Shown here: in pieces, positions 11,304-24,100 of the stretch
How positions within the stretch are numbered: the stretch's first letter is position 1
Layout of the letters: every line of letters begins with the position of its first letter
The notes under the pieces: generated by a model
Told to the model about the DNA's origin: nothing
What the model saw: the letters and a program-made list of their open reading frames with translations, nothing else
Databases searched by the model: none
Position numbers and translations under genes: made by a program
Assembly: GCF_001194135.2 (NCBI RefSeq)
Contig: NC_068985.1
Coordinates: 54,761,008-54,821,440, forward strand
Direction of reading: 5' to 3'
Length of the DNA stretch: 60,433 bases
Source of the DNA: Octopus bimaculoides
Taxonomy: Eukaryota

Positions 11304-11899
11304 ACATCCAGCTACTATACTCCCACTCAGCCTTTTTCTTTGTCTTGCAAGTTACTTGGTGACCTCACTAGCGTTGGTGCCATGAAATAAAGCACCCAAT
11401 ATACTCTGTCAAATGGTTGGAGAGAAAAAGGGCATCCAGCCAAAATAGATGTTGGAATTTGACACAGTCACCTCCAGCTTGCTGGGTCCCTATCAAACCA
11501 TTCACCTTATACCAGTATGTAAGCTAGATGTTAAATGATAATGATAATAATGATGACGATGAAATATATAATTCATCACATGTATAATTTACATTCTTTT
11601 GGATGTTTATCAGGACTCAGTATAAATTACGTCTGCCTATACTTATTTATAGTATGTCATGGTTGTCACTGCTATCACCATCATCATCTCATTGAGTTAA
11701 TGTATGTCATGTTTTGTGAACAATAACATCATTGTTCCAGGCAGCCACAGAGGTAATGTATTTTGAATGATAAAAGCAATAAGCTATTTTTTTGTGTATT
11801 CAGGCTTTGGAAGCCTGTATCTCATGGTCTGAGATGGCTCTTGTAACAACCTTGAGAAATTTGATCCAAATTCTAATACACAAATGCAAAAAGCTCGTC

Positions 11900-12238
11900 A
11901 AAAGTATGGTTATTGAGAAGCCATACGCAAACATGGATGTACTAGTATTTGTAAATGGCGTCTTTCATTTTATGGAGAATCATTAATTCAGAGACCTGTG
12001 TTGCAAGGGGCTTGTAGTGTTGTATAAAACTGCAAGCAAGTCACAGAAGGAAGAAAAATCCACCATTTACAAAGCTGAAATAAGAAACAGCCTGGAGTAT
12101 GCCAGTCTGTAATAGATGAATGCTGCACACAGTATACTCAATCAACTCACTATGATCCAAAAGAAAGCTCTTATGATCATTGCAATGGATGGAGTTGATA
12201 CTGCAACAAAATGGACTTCGTTGATTATAGGAAAAACA
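11900..12238 (+). mobile_element. CR1/L2-like LINE 3' ORF remnant, copy 2
   Basis: Collinear with 9201-9618 (aaatccaccatttacaaagctgaaat.agaaacag..tggagtat.ccagtctgtaat). Confidence 0.6.
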
Positions 12239-12374
12239 AGCAGCCTAAATCAGACAAGCTAAAATACAAATAACCTGTTTATCCAAGTTACAAAGCCTTA
12301 GTCAGATGAAGACGAGTAACATTTTAAGCTAGTTCCTACCACATTTTTTTCTCTTGCTGACATTACATGTGCAA

Positions 12375-12838
12375 ACAGGGTGGCAGGCAAGCAGAATTAT
12401 TAACATGCTGGGCAAAATGTTTAGTGGCCTTTCTTCTGTCATTATGTTCTAAGTTCAAATTCCGCAGAGGTTGACTTTGCTGTTCATCCTTCTGGGGTTG
12501 ATAAAATAAGTAGCAGTTGAGTACTGGGCTCAATGTAAGCAACTTACTCCCTTCCCCAAAGTGCTGGCCTTGTGCCAAAATTTGAAATTGATATTACTTG
12601 TACAAACAGGTTGGTGAGGTGGCAGAATCATTTGCACCGTGGGCAAAATGCTTAGCGGCATTTTATCCAACATTATGTTCTGAGTTCAAATTCCATCAAG
12701 GTTAACTTTGCCTTTCATCCTTGTGGAGTTGATAAAATAAGTACCAATTGAACTTTGGGGTTGATGTAATTGACTTATGTATCCACCTCTACTGAAATTG
12801 CTGGCCTTGTATCAAAATTTGAAATCAATATTACTGAT
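12375..12838 (+). mobile_element. Two tandem copies of ~230-bp tRNA-derived SINE family B
   Basis: ggcagaat...gagttcaaattcc...gactttgc.tttcatcct...gataaaataagta core, repeated head to tail. Confidence 0.8.
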
Positions 12839-12899
12839 TCAGTGTGAAGTCATCAGTGTAGAGGCAAGTGTTGACCAGGTGAACTATGAAGACTGAAAG

Positions 12900-13545
12900 C
12901 AGAAATTAACCTAAGTATTGAGCCTTTTGGGATTGTTGCATTGACGGGTAACAATCAATGTGACCTTGATGGATCTTCCATTATGGTAGTTTTGAAGCTA
13001 TCTTAATTTCCTGCAAATTTCTTGGATTTGAATATGACATAGTGTCTATTGTGCCAAACTCTTAAATCGTCTTTAATGCCCACGATGCAGTTTTCCTGTA
13101 CACCCAAGGATTCGAGTTTGGCACAGAGTCTGTTGCAGCAAATTCTTTCAAAAATCTCTTTTATGTCTTGTGCTCTGACACATACCTCCTGACTTTTGTC
13201 AAAGGAACAGTTTCATGTCTGGTAAAAGGTAGTCAAAAGTTCTACTGCGCTATGCAATTATAGTTTGGTCAAAAGCCAAATTTCTTTCAGAAATGAGTTG
13301 ATTGTTAAGCAGATAGCTTTGCAGCTGTCTGTGAACTACTGGTTTTATCATTTCATAAATGATGATGGAGAACAGTAAAACAAATTGGTATTTTGATGGT
13401 GCATAATGTAGAGTCCATCATATGTATAAGAATTACAGAGGTGATCGTTCACTGGTTTTGAAATACAAGAGAAGCCTAGGTGACTGAGGGAGTTGTTTAG
13501 TTCTATACAACATTCTCTTATGACAGAGACAGGAATTTGATGCTT
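12900..13545 (-). mobile_element. Highly decayed CR1-group reverse transcriptase
   Basis: Minus strand gives IPVSVIRECCIELNNSL..., EMIKPVVHRQLQSYLLNNQLIS and VRAQDIKEIFERICCNRLCAKLESLGV (degenerate ALDI.KAFD.V.H..L..KL...G), with many stops. Confidence 0.55.
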
Positions 13546-13904
13546 ACTTCTGGTTGTTGTTGTTGTTTCGCCAAGGTCAGCCTTAATTTAGCAGTTAGTG
13601 GATCAAAGATATTCCAGCCATGACCATTCTGTCTTTTATTCATAAATATTACATCTAGCATTGCATTATCAAATATGCCCTTTTATTAGGTGGTGCCACT
13701 TAATGATAACATCTATAAAATGAGAAGCAAACATGATGTGTGTGTGTGTGTGTGTGTGAAGCAAGAATGTAAACTAGATTATACACAGAACAATATCTTT
13801 ACAGACTGTCTTTTGCTTTGTAACAAACAACTTCTTTTGGATATTTGCCAAATAAACAATGTAGCTTGTATCAAAATTGGTTGTTAGCTTAACAGGAAGC
13901 AGAT

Positions 13905-14027
13905 GATAACAACAACAACAATAACAATAACAATAATAATAATAATAATAATAATAACAATAACAATATATCCGTGTGTGTATATAGGAGTGTCTATCTG
14001 TGCATGTGAATGTATGTGTGTATATGA

Positions 14028-14073
<46 letters not shown>

Positions 14074-14080
14074 ATGTATG

Positions 14081-14111
<31 letters not shown>

Positions 14112-14640
14112 GTCTGGGGAGAGTCGCCTTATTAATTTAACACACTCACTGGTCTGATTTCCACTCATTAACTTATTTATTTTTACTAAAATTTTCATTG
14201 TGTCTTGCAACCTTTTCAACAGTTGTTGACTCTGTCCATTATCGGAACTGCATTTTTGTTTTGTTTGTTTGTTTGTTTGTGTGCATGCATGTGCATGTGC
14301 ATACACATATGTATGTATGTATGTGTGTGTATGCATATATATGTATACTTGTGTGCACGTTTGTATGTATGTGTGTATGCATGTATGCATATATGTATGC
14401 ATGCATGTGTGTGTATCTGTATGTTTGTATGTGTGTATGCATGTATGTTTGTGTATGCATATGTGGATGCTTGTATGTATGTATTCTGCATATCCATGTG
14501 ATTGTGTGTTCATGTTTGTGTGCATTTGTGTTTATGTTTGTGTGTTTGTATGTGTGTGTATGCACCTCTGTTTCCTTGTGTGTGCCTGTTTGTGTGTGTC
14601 TGTGTATGGGTTTGGGTTTGTGTGACTATATAAACTGTGG
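13905..14640. repeat. Compound microsatellite block ((AAC/AAT)n, (TG)n, (TA)n, (TGTA)n)
   Basis: Read directly from sequence. Confidence 0.9.
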
Positions 14641-14834
14641 GTATTGAGGTATGACACCTATGTATATTTCCTATTTAGTACTAAGGATGTTTCATTTACG
14701 AAGATGTACTCTTGTATTTGTCTGAGTGTTGGTTCCTTCAGGTGCTTGAACAAAAGAGAATGACTCTCCCCATATAAAATATGCTTCAACAAATGAATTC
14801 ACATAAAGAATCTTGCAAACCAAATACAAAAACG

Positions 14835-14871
<37 letters not shown>

Positions 14872-15684
14872 CATGTGTGTATGTGTGTGTGTGTGTGTAA
14901 AAAGGTTGAATTAGATTCCTCCTTTATTTTGGAGGTTTCCAAAAACAGATTTCTAATATAGATTCTTCATATTTTGCTGATAACTTACTGGCATAAAATT
15001 GCGAATATGAAAATAATGCTTGTATATGATGTGTTGTGAATTTATGGAAAGAAATCCCATAAAACTCATCACCCTAGCTGATCCTGGACTAAAGAATCCT
15101 CTCAAATTCTGCATTCTTGAATTCAATTTACTAATCCCTTACGAAATGTACTGGATGCTTTTGTGACACCAGCACTGTTAGGGTTGCCTTGTAACTTTCA
15201 AAGAGAAAGGGTGCCCCCCATAATAGATGGAACAGATTTATTATTATTTTTTTCTTACATCATCGTTTTATTGTCCACTTTTCCATGCATGTATGGATCA
15301 GATGGAGTTTATTTAGATAGATTATCTATGGCTGGATGCTCTTCCTGTTTCTAATTCTTACCTGTTTCCAAGCAAAGTAATATTACCCCAAGGCCAGAGA
15401 TGCTTGTGTAGAATTTTGGAAATGAATGGGATTCATTTATAACAATCATGTGATGTCAAGACAAGGAGACACACACACTCACACACAAGCACATGCACAC
15501 ACACAAATGTACACACACACACATCATCATCATCATCATTTAATGTCCATTTTCTATGCTGGCATGGTTTGGCAGGAGCAGGCCAGTCAGGGAACTGTCC
15601 ACCTGTAAAGGAAAAGCCTGTATATATATGGATGACAGCAATTTTACTTAGCTTGATATGTTTTCTCAAGAACAGTAAATCACC

Positions 15685-17155
15685 ACTAGATGCTATAGTA
15701 AAGCAAACTGCCAATAAAAACTGTGGTAGAGAAGTGTGTATGAATGGATAATGCTACACTTGCACTAATTGATTCTGTAAAGAAAGAGGCATGGAAGTGC
15801 TACTGTGAAAGGCTATTAAACATGGAGAGGAACTGTCTAGTCTAGTTGTCAGCTGTATGATGGATGAGGCAATTATGAATATGAAGAGAAGGAAAATCCC
15901 TAATCTATCAGGATTTACCCTGAAGTAGGATATGTCTTAGTCCATATAGTTAATCAGTTTGCACAAGGAGTCATATACAATGATTGTATGGCACCATTAT
16001 AGTCAGCTATTACATAGCTAAAGAAGATACATTAGATAGAAATTATTACAGAGGTTTAAACCAGGTCATGAATGTTACAAAGAGAGTTATAGCCCAATTA
16101 TGTAGGAACAGAAATAGACTAGGTAAGATGCAATTTGGTTTTGTGTAAGGGATAAGTACTACTAATGCCATCTGCTTAGTAAGACAACTGCAGGAGAAGT
16201 ATTTAGCTAAAAATAAGCCACAGTACTTGATATTCATTGATCTGGAACAGATGTCCTCTCTCTGGGTTGACAAAAGGCTTGTGAAAGCCATACAAGCCAT
16301 GTACAGGGTTGCCGCCAGTAAGGTGAGAGTCAGCCATAAGTACCATGATGAATTTAAGGTACAGATAAGAGTTCACTCAGGTTTAGTTCTCAGTCCCCTC
16401 CTATTCATCAAAGTCCTAAGGCCATAACACAAGAATTTAAAACTGGCTGTCTTTGAGAACTATTATACACTGATGACCTTATTCTGTGAGTGGAATCTGT
16501 AACAGAATTAGAAAATAAATTCCAGGTGTAGAAGTGAAACCTGAAATTGAAGGGCCTTAAAGTTATCTTAGCAAGTATGCCCTGGAGGCTCTCTAGAATG
16601 GCAGATAGTTTCTATTAGCCAGTAGAAGATATTTTGAAAGTATTGTTGCTACAATAAGAATAGGCTGGAGAAAGTTCAGAGAGCTATTACCTCTGTTGGG
16701 ATTGTCTTTTTCTCAAAGTGAAAGGCAGATTGTATGATGCTTGTATATGAACAGCAATACTACATGACAGTAAGATGTGGGCTCTGAATGCAGAAGATAT
16801 GACAAAACTAGAGAAGAATGAAGCTAGTGTGCTCTGTTCCGTGTGCAATATCAGTGTGCATGTATGATAAGGTACTAACTTGTTGAGAGAAAAATTAGGT
16901 ATAAGAAATGTCAGATGTAGCATGCAAGAGAGAAGACTGTGCTGGTTTGGTCGTTTAATGCATATGATGGAGGACAGCTGTATAAAGAAGTACCAGTTGT
17001 TTAAAGTGGATGGAAATTGTAGAAGAAGAAGAAGGCCCAGAGGACATGAGATGTAACAGTGAAGGCTGATTTCAAGATACTGAGGTCATGGAAGAGATGA
17101 CAAAGGAGGAAGATGATTGGATATTTACTGTGCTCAAGAAAACCCGTCCAGTCTG
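15685..17155 (+). mobile_element. Degenerate RTE LINE RT region
   Basis: Collinear with 57590-59340 (DEMQFGF.., TTNAICLVRQLQEKYLAK.., VHSGLVLSPLLFI, YTDD, AWRKFRELLPLL) with many stops, frameshifts and internal deletions. Confidence 0.85.
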
Positions 17156-18770
17156 CATTTATGATATTCTAAAAGCAATTTTTTAATGCTTGTATGTGCT
17201 CACTCCTGCTCCTATACCCATTGTACCTCATCAAGCATTCTCTACATCTCATTCCAGCCCTCTACCACTCCTCTATGGCACTATTCAGCAACTGTAATCA
17301 CTACCAGTTACCCCCTTCACCCTGCTCTAGAACAACTTCCACCCTCAATCATATTAACCTCTCTTCCCTTCTTGCTTTATTTTCACCAATCACTTCCTTT
17401 CTATGCTTACAGTTGCTATCATTCTCAATGCTATCTCATATACATCATCATGCTCTACACACTGTAGCCATCCTTGTGCACTATGTATCTCCCCATCTTC
17501 ACATCATCCCCCTACGTTTTCATCTATTAATTCTTCCTGAGCCACTTCCAAATATCTCACCTTAAATCCGCTTCAAACTGGTATTTTCAATCAACCACAT
17601 CTCCATCCTTGTTCATCACTTACTGCATTTCCCCCTACTCCCGTTGCTAACCACCTGTTATTCTCCTCACACATTTATGAAACTACCAACCCTCTCCTTC
17701 CCCCACTGATCCAGTCTGTATCCTCTCTTATGCTTACCTTGTTACCTCTGCAGCTCACTGGACCCAGTCAAAATGTCAAACCCATGCTAAAACAGAAAAT
17801 GGATGTTAAATGATGATGAGGATGAGACTTCTTTCAGTTTCCATTGACCAGATCATGGCTTTGGTCAACCTGAAGCTGTAGCAAAAGACACTTGCCCAAG
17901 GTGCTGCCCCGTGGTACTGAACCTCAAACTATGTAGCTGGGTAGTAAACTTCTTAACCACACATATATATATATAAACCACACACACACACACATATATA
18001 AACATACACACACATACATACATGTCAATCTATCTATTTATGCACTCATACACGTATATATACATACATATGTGGTATGTGTGTGCGTGTGTATGTGAAA
18101 GACGAACCCGGTTTTAACTGTACTTTATTACGTCATATCTATTCAGTGCGGTCCTACTGAGGTTGTGGCATTTATTTGTAAACATATTATTGACCGAATT
18201 TTTTTGTGATTGAATGATTTTTATTTTTGTTGTTAAACTTCTGTTGCATATGATTTAAAATTATTAACAAAGTTACAGAACACCTTCTTCTAAATATATC
18301 TATTAATCTAATATGGTTTCTTTTTCGCTCTTCTAATCAACACACTCTCCGATTCGTCCTCTGTTTATCTCTCAATCTGTTTTTTTTTTCTCCTTACTAT
18401 TTATCCATCTCAATTACTTTAACGATATTTATATTTTGCCCCATAAAATTCTATTTTTCACTCCCATTTACTTTTATTTATTCCTGCCTTCTATTTTCTC
18501 CTCTCGTCGCCTCGCATTTCTAACATCGTCCTATTCACATACCTTCTCTTTCTTTTTCTTTCTTCACCCCTTTTATACTCTATCTAATCCTCTCTTCACT
18601 CTTCTTACACATCTCTTTCTCTCTAATTTTTCTTTTTCCCTCTTTACGCATTCTGTCTTTTTCTTTTACCCTCTATAACTTTCTCTCGCGTTTTATTCCC
18701 TCTTTCTTTCCTCTTTCCTCTACCTCTCTTGTTTCGCCTACACACTTTCATCCCCACTTGGCTTGCTTTC

Positions 18771-18841
18771 GTAAGTGCGTCTCTCTCTCTTTTAATCTTT
18801 CCCCTCTCTCTTTATCTCTTCATCTCCCTCTCCCTGTCCAG
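18771..18841 (+). other. Putative 71-nt intron in the LIPE 5' UTR
   Basis: GTAAGT at 18771, TTTAAT branch-like motif at ~18791, long CT tract ending ...ccctgtccAG at 18841, 23 nt upstream of the ATG. Confidence 0.5.
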
Positions 18842-18864
18842 TATTTATAAATAGCTGTGAGACA

Positions 18865-19323
18865 ATGGCTGATGATGTCAAGTTATGTGTAAGTGTAAGC
18901 AGTAAACCACCGCCACCATTAAACACAGTCGAGGCCTCCCTTGCCAGGCGACACCATTCGCCTGCTCCTTCACACTGCTATCATTTGTCGAGAATCCAGC
19001 AAGGTAACAGCGAGTTCAAACAACCTTTTACTGCCGCCGACCTATCAACTCGGCAGTTCACATCTCCATTGAACATTTCTATTACCGATTCTGACAACTG
19101 TGGATCGATCTCTCCAACTGGCACCAACAATATTGGTGACACCCAGGTTTTGGATCCGGATAAAATAATGAAGCGTGTTCTCAATTCTATCTTCAGAGAA
19201 CTGAAGTCTTGTTCTTTAAGTAATTTGGAATATTTCCGGAATGGCAAACAGAGCTATCATGCACGACTTCAAGTGGCTTTTTCATTACTCTGCGAACACA
19301 TCAATAAAGGGATCGAACCACAG
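18865..19323 (+). CDS. LIPE: Hormone-sensitive lipase, first coding exon (153 codons; ~100-aa extension plus start of HSL N-terminal domain)
   Basis: ATG 18865, open frame to GIEPQ, donor CAG|GTAGAA at 19323/19324. The in-frame join GIEPQ|[25 protein letters not shown] matches recalled mammalian HSL [30 protein letters not shown]. The start codon is less certain than the 3' end. Confidence 0.8.
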
Positions 19324-20513
19324 GTAGAACAATTGATTTTTTCCTTGTCTTTCTTTAAAAAATTTTTATCTATATTTCTTTCCTTGTCACAATCACGAAG
19401 ATTTGGCAATATAAACAACATCATTAGTGCTTTTAAAGAAATGACTGTAGTCTTTGAAAAAAGTCTCTTTAAAGTGGCCAGTGTACTTTTATATGTATTT
19501 AAAATCAAAGAATTAGATATGGTGCCATGGTAATTCTAGTCAGGTGCCAACTTGTTTTCAGTTAGGTACACAACAAAATATGTGATGGGGGTAGGGGTAA
19601 ATATCGAGTTTTATATTTCTAATCCGATAACATGAATTATATATATAACAGGAACGGCAGAGCAGCATACACATATACATTAAAATATACACACACACGT
19701 ATATATAGTTACTTCTACACCGAGAAGCATAGAAACCTGCACACACCTATAATGATCACCGATTTTGTAGCGTACGGCAACAGGATCTTTTCAAGTTCCA
19801 TTCCATCTACTAATATCAAAGTTATTTGCATTGGATCTGCTCTGATTAAGTTAACTTGTAATCAGAAGCATTCCAGTCGTAATCCTACCATTTTTTTTCA
19901 AGTACCGTGAATCACTTTTTAGTTTATTTTTGGATAAATAACATTTATTTAGATAGTAGGCATGATTTGCTGGAAATCTAGTTATTATTTGTAGTATGGC
20001 TAGCAATCACATTGAAACTCCCTCAAGTGTGTGTGTCCCATCTCAGGTTACTATCGTGCAAGTGATGTCATCCACGCAGAAACATCTTCACCGCTTGTTT
20101 ATCTTCCGACTTTTTTTTTCTAATATTTTGACATCTGAGATATAGGTTAAACAGACGGGAGTCAAGATTAAAGATACCGTCAATACTTTAGAGCTAATTT
20201 AGGGTAATTGTAGACGATCTAGTTAGATATCCCACTGTTCTGAGTTCAAATCAGTCATAAAGTAGTAGTCATTTTAATGCTGTGTCATTCACTTGTGATC
20301 TTGTGTCCGAGGATGAATAAATTATTCAATGGTTTCTTTCTTTTATAAGTAATAATTTTGTGATCAGCAGCGAAACGTTGACGTTCTATTTGCATTAAGT
20401 CGCCGATCGGGTCTCAATTTCCAACTGTAACTATTTCGCTTATGGTTGTGTCTAAAATAATTCAAGGTATGCATTCCACAACTCCCATTTTCGGTATACC
20501 TAAACATGTGTGG

Positions 20514-21182
20514 ACCCGACTTTGTTGCCTCAAAACTTCCAGAAAAAATGGACATTTTTTAATGAAATTTTCTACAAATACACATCAGATGTTGTAGGTT
20601 CCGATTATATCGGAATTTGTGGTAAAAAAACCAAACAATTTTCCGAGGGTAGGGTGAGGAGTTTTCGGAAAATTCACGTGAGTCGGTTTGTTCCTCATAA
20701 CTTCCAGAAAAATGGGTAATTTTTTATGAAATTTTCTACAACTGCTTTTTAGAGTGTGTAGATGGCGATTATATCAGAATTTAATATTAAAGAAATGGTG
20801 GGTTCGTACAGATACAGACTGACACATCACGCATCTACAAAATGAAACTTGCAATTTAGAAAGAAATTGTGTCAGTATGTATATGTACGAACCCACCAGA
20901 TTTATTATTTTCATATCATATTTCGATATAATCGTAACCTACACACTCTGAAAGGTAGTTGTAGAAATTTTCATAAAAAAAATAAAATACCAGTTTTTCT
21001 GAAAGATATGAGGAAACAAAGCCGGCTCGTGTGAATTTTCCGGAGCTCTTCACGCCACCCTCGGGAAAAGTCTTCACAAATTCCGATATAATTGGCATTT
21101 ACATGATCTGAAGCCTATTTGTAGAAAACTTAATTTAAAAAATATCCATTTTTCTGGAAGTTATGAGGAAACAAAGTCGGGT
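20514..21182. mobile_element. Foldback / long-inverted-repeat element (arms ~313 and ~315 bp, 41-bp spacer) in LIPE intron 1
   Basis: Left arm 20514-20826 and right arm 20868-21182 are imperfect reverse complements. Each arm is built of about two ~175-bp subunits (ttcctcataacttccagaaaaatgg...ttttctaca). Confidence 0.8.
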
Positions 21183-24100
21183 GGGGTGGGGGCATACTTG
21201 TGTCGGTACTCCCCATTTTCTATCGCTTATATTTATCCGAAGAAGTTTATTTTTGTTTTATATCACTTCGGAATCGTAAAACCTCGGACAAAATAAAATG
21301 TCTTGCAGTATTTAGTTATTATTGTCCTTTATGTGATGAGTTCAGATTCCACTGAGATCGACTCTGTCTTTCATCCTTCCAAGGGGTGATAAAATAAAGT
21401 AATAGTCAAGTACTGAGATAGATTTATATTCCTGTAATGCATCCAAGGTGTATATGGAATTAAACATAGACATTCTATCACACGCGCGCGCACGTTCACA
21501 CATCTACAGCAAAGAAAGAATTTTTCATTAAAGTGTTAGCAAAACTTCTTCAGCTAACTTTATTTTATAATTTGTAGAATTGCTATAGAATTCGATGATT
21601 AAAAGAAATACGTTCATCATAACAAATGTTTGGTTCGTCTCTCAAATATGCGATTATCATTCATGTTTTCGATTATACAAAGATATTTATGTCTGAACAG
21701 TAAAATATCAAGCTATTTATCTTGATAAAATGTCAATTATGTAAAAGGCTCATTCACTTGACAAATGTATCATTACAACCTTGGTTTGTGAAAAGAAAAC
21801 CGAAAAACAAAAAACAAAAAAAAACTTAAATTTTAATTTCCCATTTCCGTTTAGTTCAGAACATACCATTCTGCCTGTGGTAGTGACTCAGACTTTTACG
21901 GTCCGTTTGTTGGTACAACTTTTCATCTTGTGTTTCATAACTTAGTGAAATAGTCGATGTAATATATAACAGAGCTTGACCCATAAAGCGCTGAGATTTC
22001 CACTTATGTAGCATGATCTGCTGAGCACATTTTAATGAAAATGAGACTACCATGCACACATAAAAAAGAACAAAAAATAGTTAAAATATCTTCTTAGTAT
22101 ATAATGGGGGCAAGTTTTACATCATCTGAAAAGTCTGCATTCTGGCGGGTATCGGAGCGTTCAAGTGACATTAGACCCCCAACATACGCCCATAAATTAA
22201 ATGCATCTATCTGGGCCACGATCCTGACCTGTCGACCTGTGCCTGACGGTCACGATCGTGGCCCGTCGCGCTTTATGTGTTAATACCCAATTAATCACAC
22301 CTAATTAGAGTTGTATAAGTACAAATTTAGAAAGCAACACGTGAAACTATGCACAAGAATTATTAAATTCACAAACTATTAAATCAACAAGTGTTTCCCT
22401 CTCGTTTATTTATATTTACCCTATTTTATTTTTGTTCAAAACAGTAATGTGTACGTCCTAATAATCCACTCATTCTTCTTAAATTGCCAAAGTGTTTTTT
22501 TTGTATCAGGTTTTATTGTAGAGCGAAGCAACAACTTAACATTTCCTAACAATTTACAACCACTGTTTAGTGTTTTGGTTTATTTGATATGACATACGTC
22601 TCATTTGACAGAAGATAATATTTACTCTTTTCATACCGACTCGCGCGATACTGCCCTTCCTTTTATGATACAAACTTCCTGTTTTAAAGTAATTCATATT
22701 AAAATTTCTCATTCAAATATCTTAATTTATGTTCGATACATCAGCTTATCTTCATTATTTTTGAAATTTATTGAAACAAAGGCAATGTATTTCAAGAGAA
22801 ATATGGTAACAAAAGCGTTTATTTCAGTACCCCTACGTATGCATTCTCTTGCATATTTTCTCCAGTGTCCCCTGGCCAGATGTATAATTGAGGAAGTGTG
22901 TAAGGCTTTTTATTTTATTTTTTGATCTCATTTTCTGTTTTAATCTTTTAAAACCATTTTGCTTTTACTCTTTACTTTCGTAAAGTTCTTTTTTCAATAA
23001 ATAAAATATTTATAACTTGGTATACGGGGGAGGAAAAATTATCCGAAAACACTTAAATAGTTCCAGTGTGTTTCAGTAGTTGTTCTTTTGTCCCGGGCGA
23101 ATCTCGTTAAAAGGAGTTTCACATATAGCCATCCTACCTATACAAACACAATATATATATATATCTAGGACTGCATCACTCAATGTGTCTCCACTTTCTT
23201 TTAAAGATAGTAGAGATGTTTGGCTGTTATTTCATCCAGAGCGAGCAGTCAAAGGAATTACTTGTTGGAATGTATTTTTACATAAATAAATCGAAAATTA
23301 TTCATATTACCTACTAGTACTAACAAAATAATTAATCAGTTATTTTTATCACCTTTATTTATATTTGAAACAATTATCAATATTTGTAAGTTGATTAAAG
23401 CGGTGAGTATTTGACAAGTACTGCCACCCTAGATTAGTCTGGACCTGGGAGGAAAACTCCAGTCTCACTGTTGGATGCATTTTAATGATTACTTTAGACA
23501 AATCCATTGAAATAGTAAGTTCATCAATTTACGAAGCCTTTTTAAAAATTTTTATTTTCATCTCAGATAAAATAATTATAAAGTCAAAACAATTGAACAT
23601 TATCAGTCATCATCATTATTATCATCATCATTTAACGTCCGTTTTCCATGTTGGCATGGGTTGGACAGTTTGACATGGAGCTGGCCAGACTCAAATTGTC
23701 TGTTGTGACATGGTTTCTACAGCTGGATGCCCGTCCTAATACCAACCATTTTACAGAATGTGCTGGGTGCTTTTGTGTGCTGCTTGAAAACCAAACCAGA
23801 TTTCTGCTTTATTTCTTCCTTTATATTCTCTATATAAATTCAGGTTATTTGAGTATGCTCTTGAGACTGGTTATATTTAGATCAATAATTTGATTCTCAT
23901 TGCAGTATTAGGCTAAAAGACTGCAGTTTTACGTGATGCATAGTCAAAAATTCTGAACATGGCTTATAGTACAGTATAAAAGCCTGTAATTGAGAGAATA
24001 CAAATCCATGATAATCTTGGAAGTAGTCTTGCTTAATATATGGAGAAGCAGGTGGGAAATGAATGGGATATACTCAGTGAAAGGTGTGGGTACAAAAGAG

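Noticed and set aside
18842-18854. TATA/MEF2-like TATTTATAAATAG
   Set aside because: Only ~11 nt before the ATG and directly after a strong acceptor, so probably exonic rather than a core promoter.
18981-19508. Minus-strand ORFs of 88 and 79 aa
   Set aside because: Antisense shadows of the LIPE exon and its read-through.
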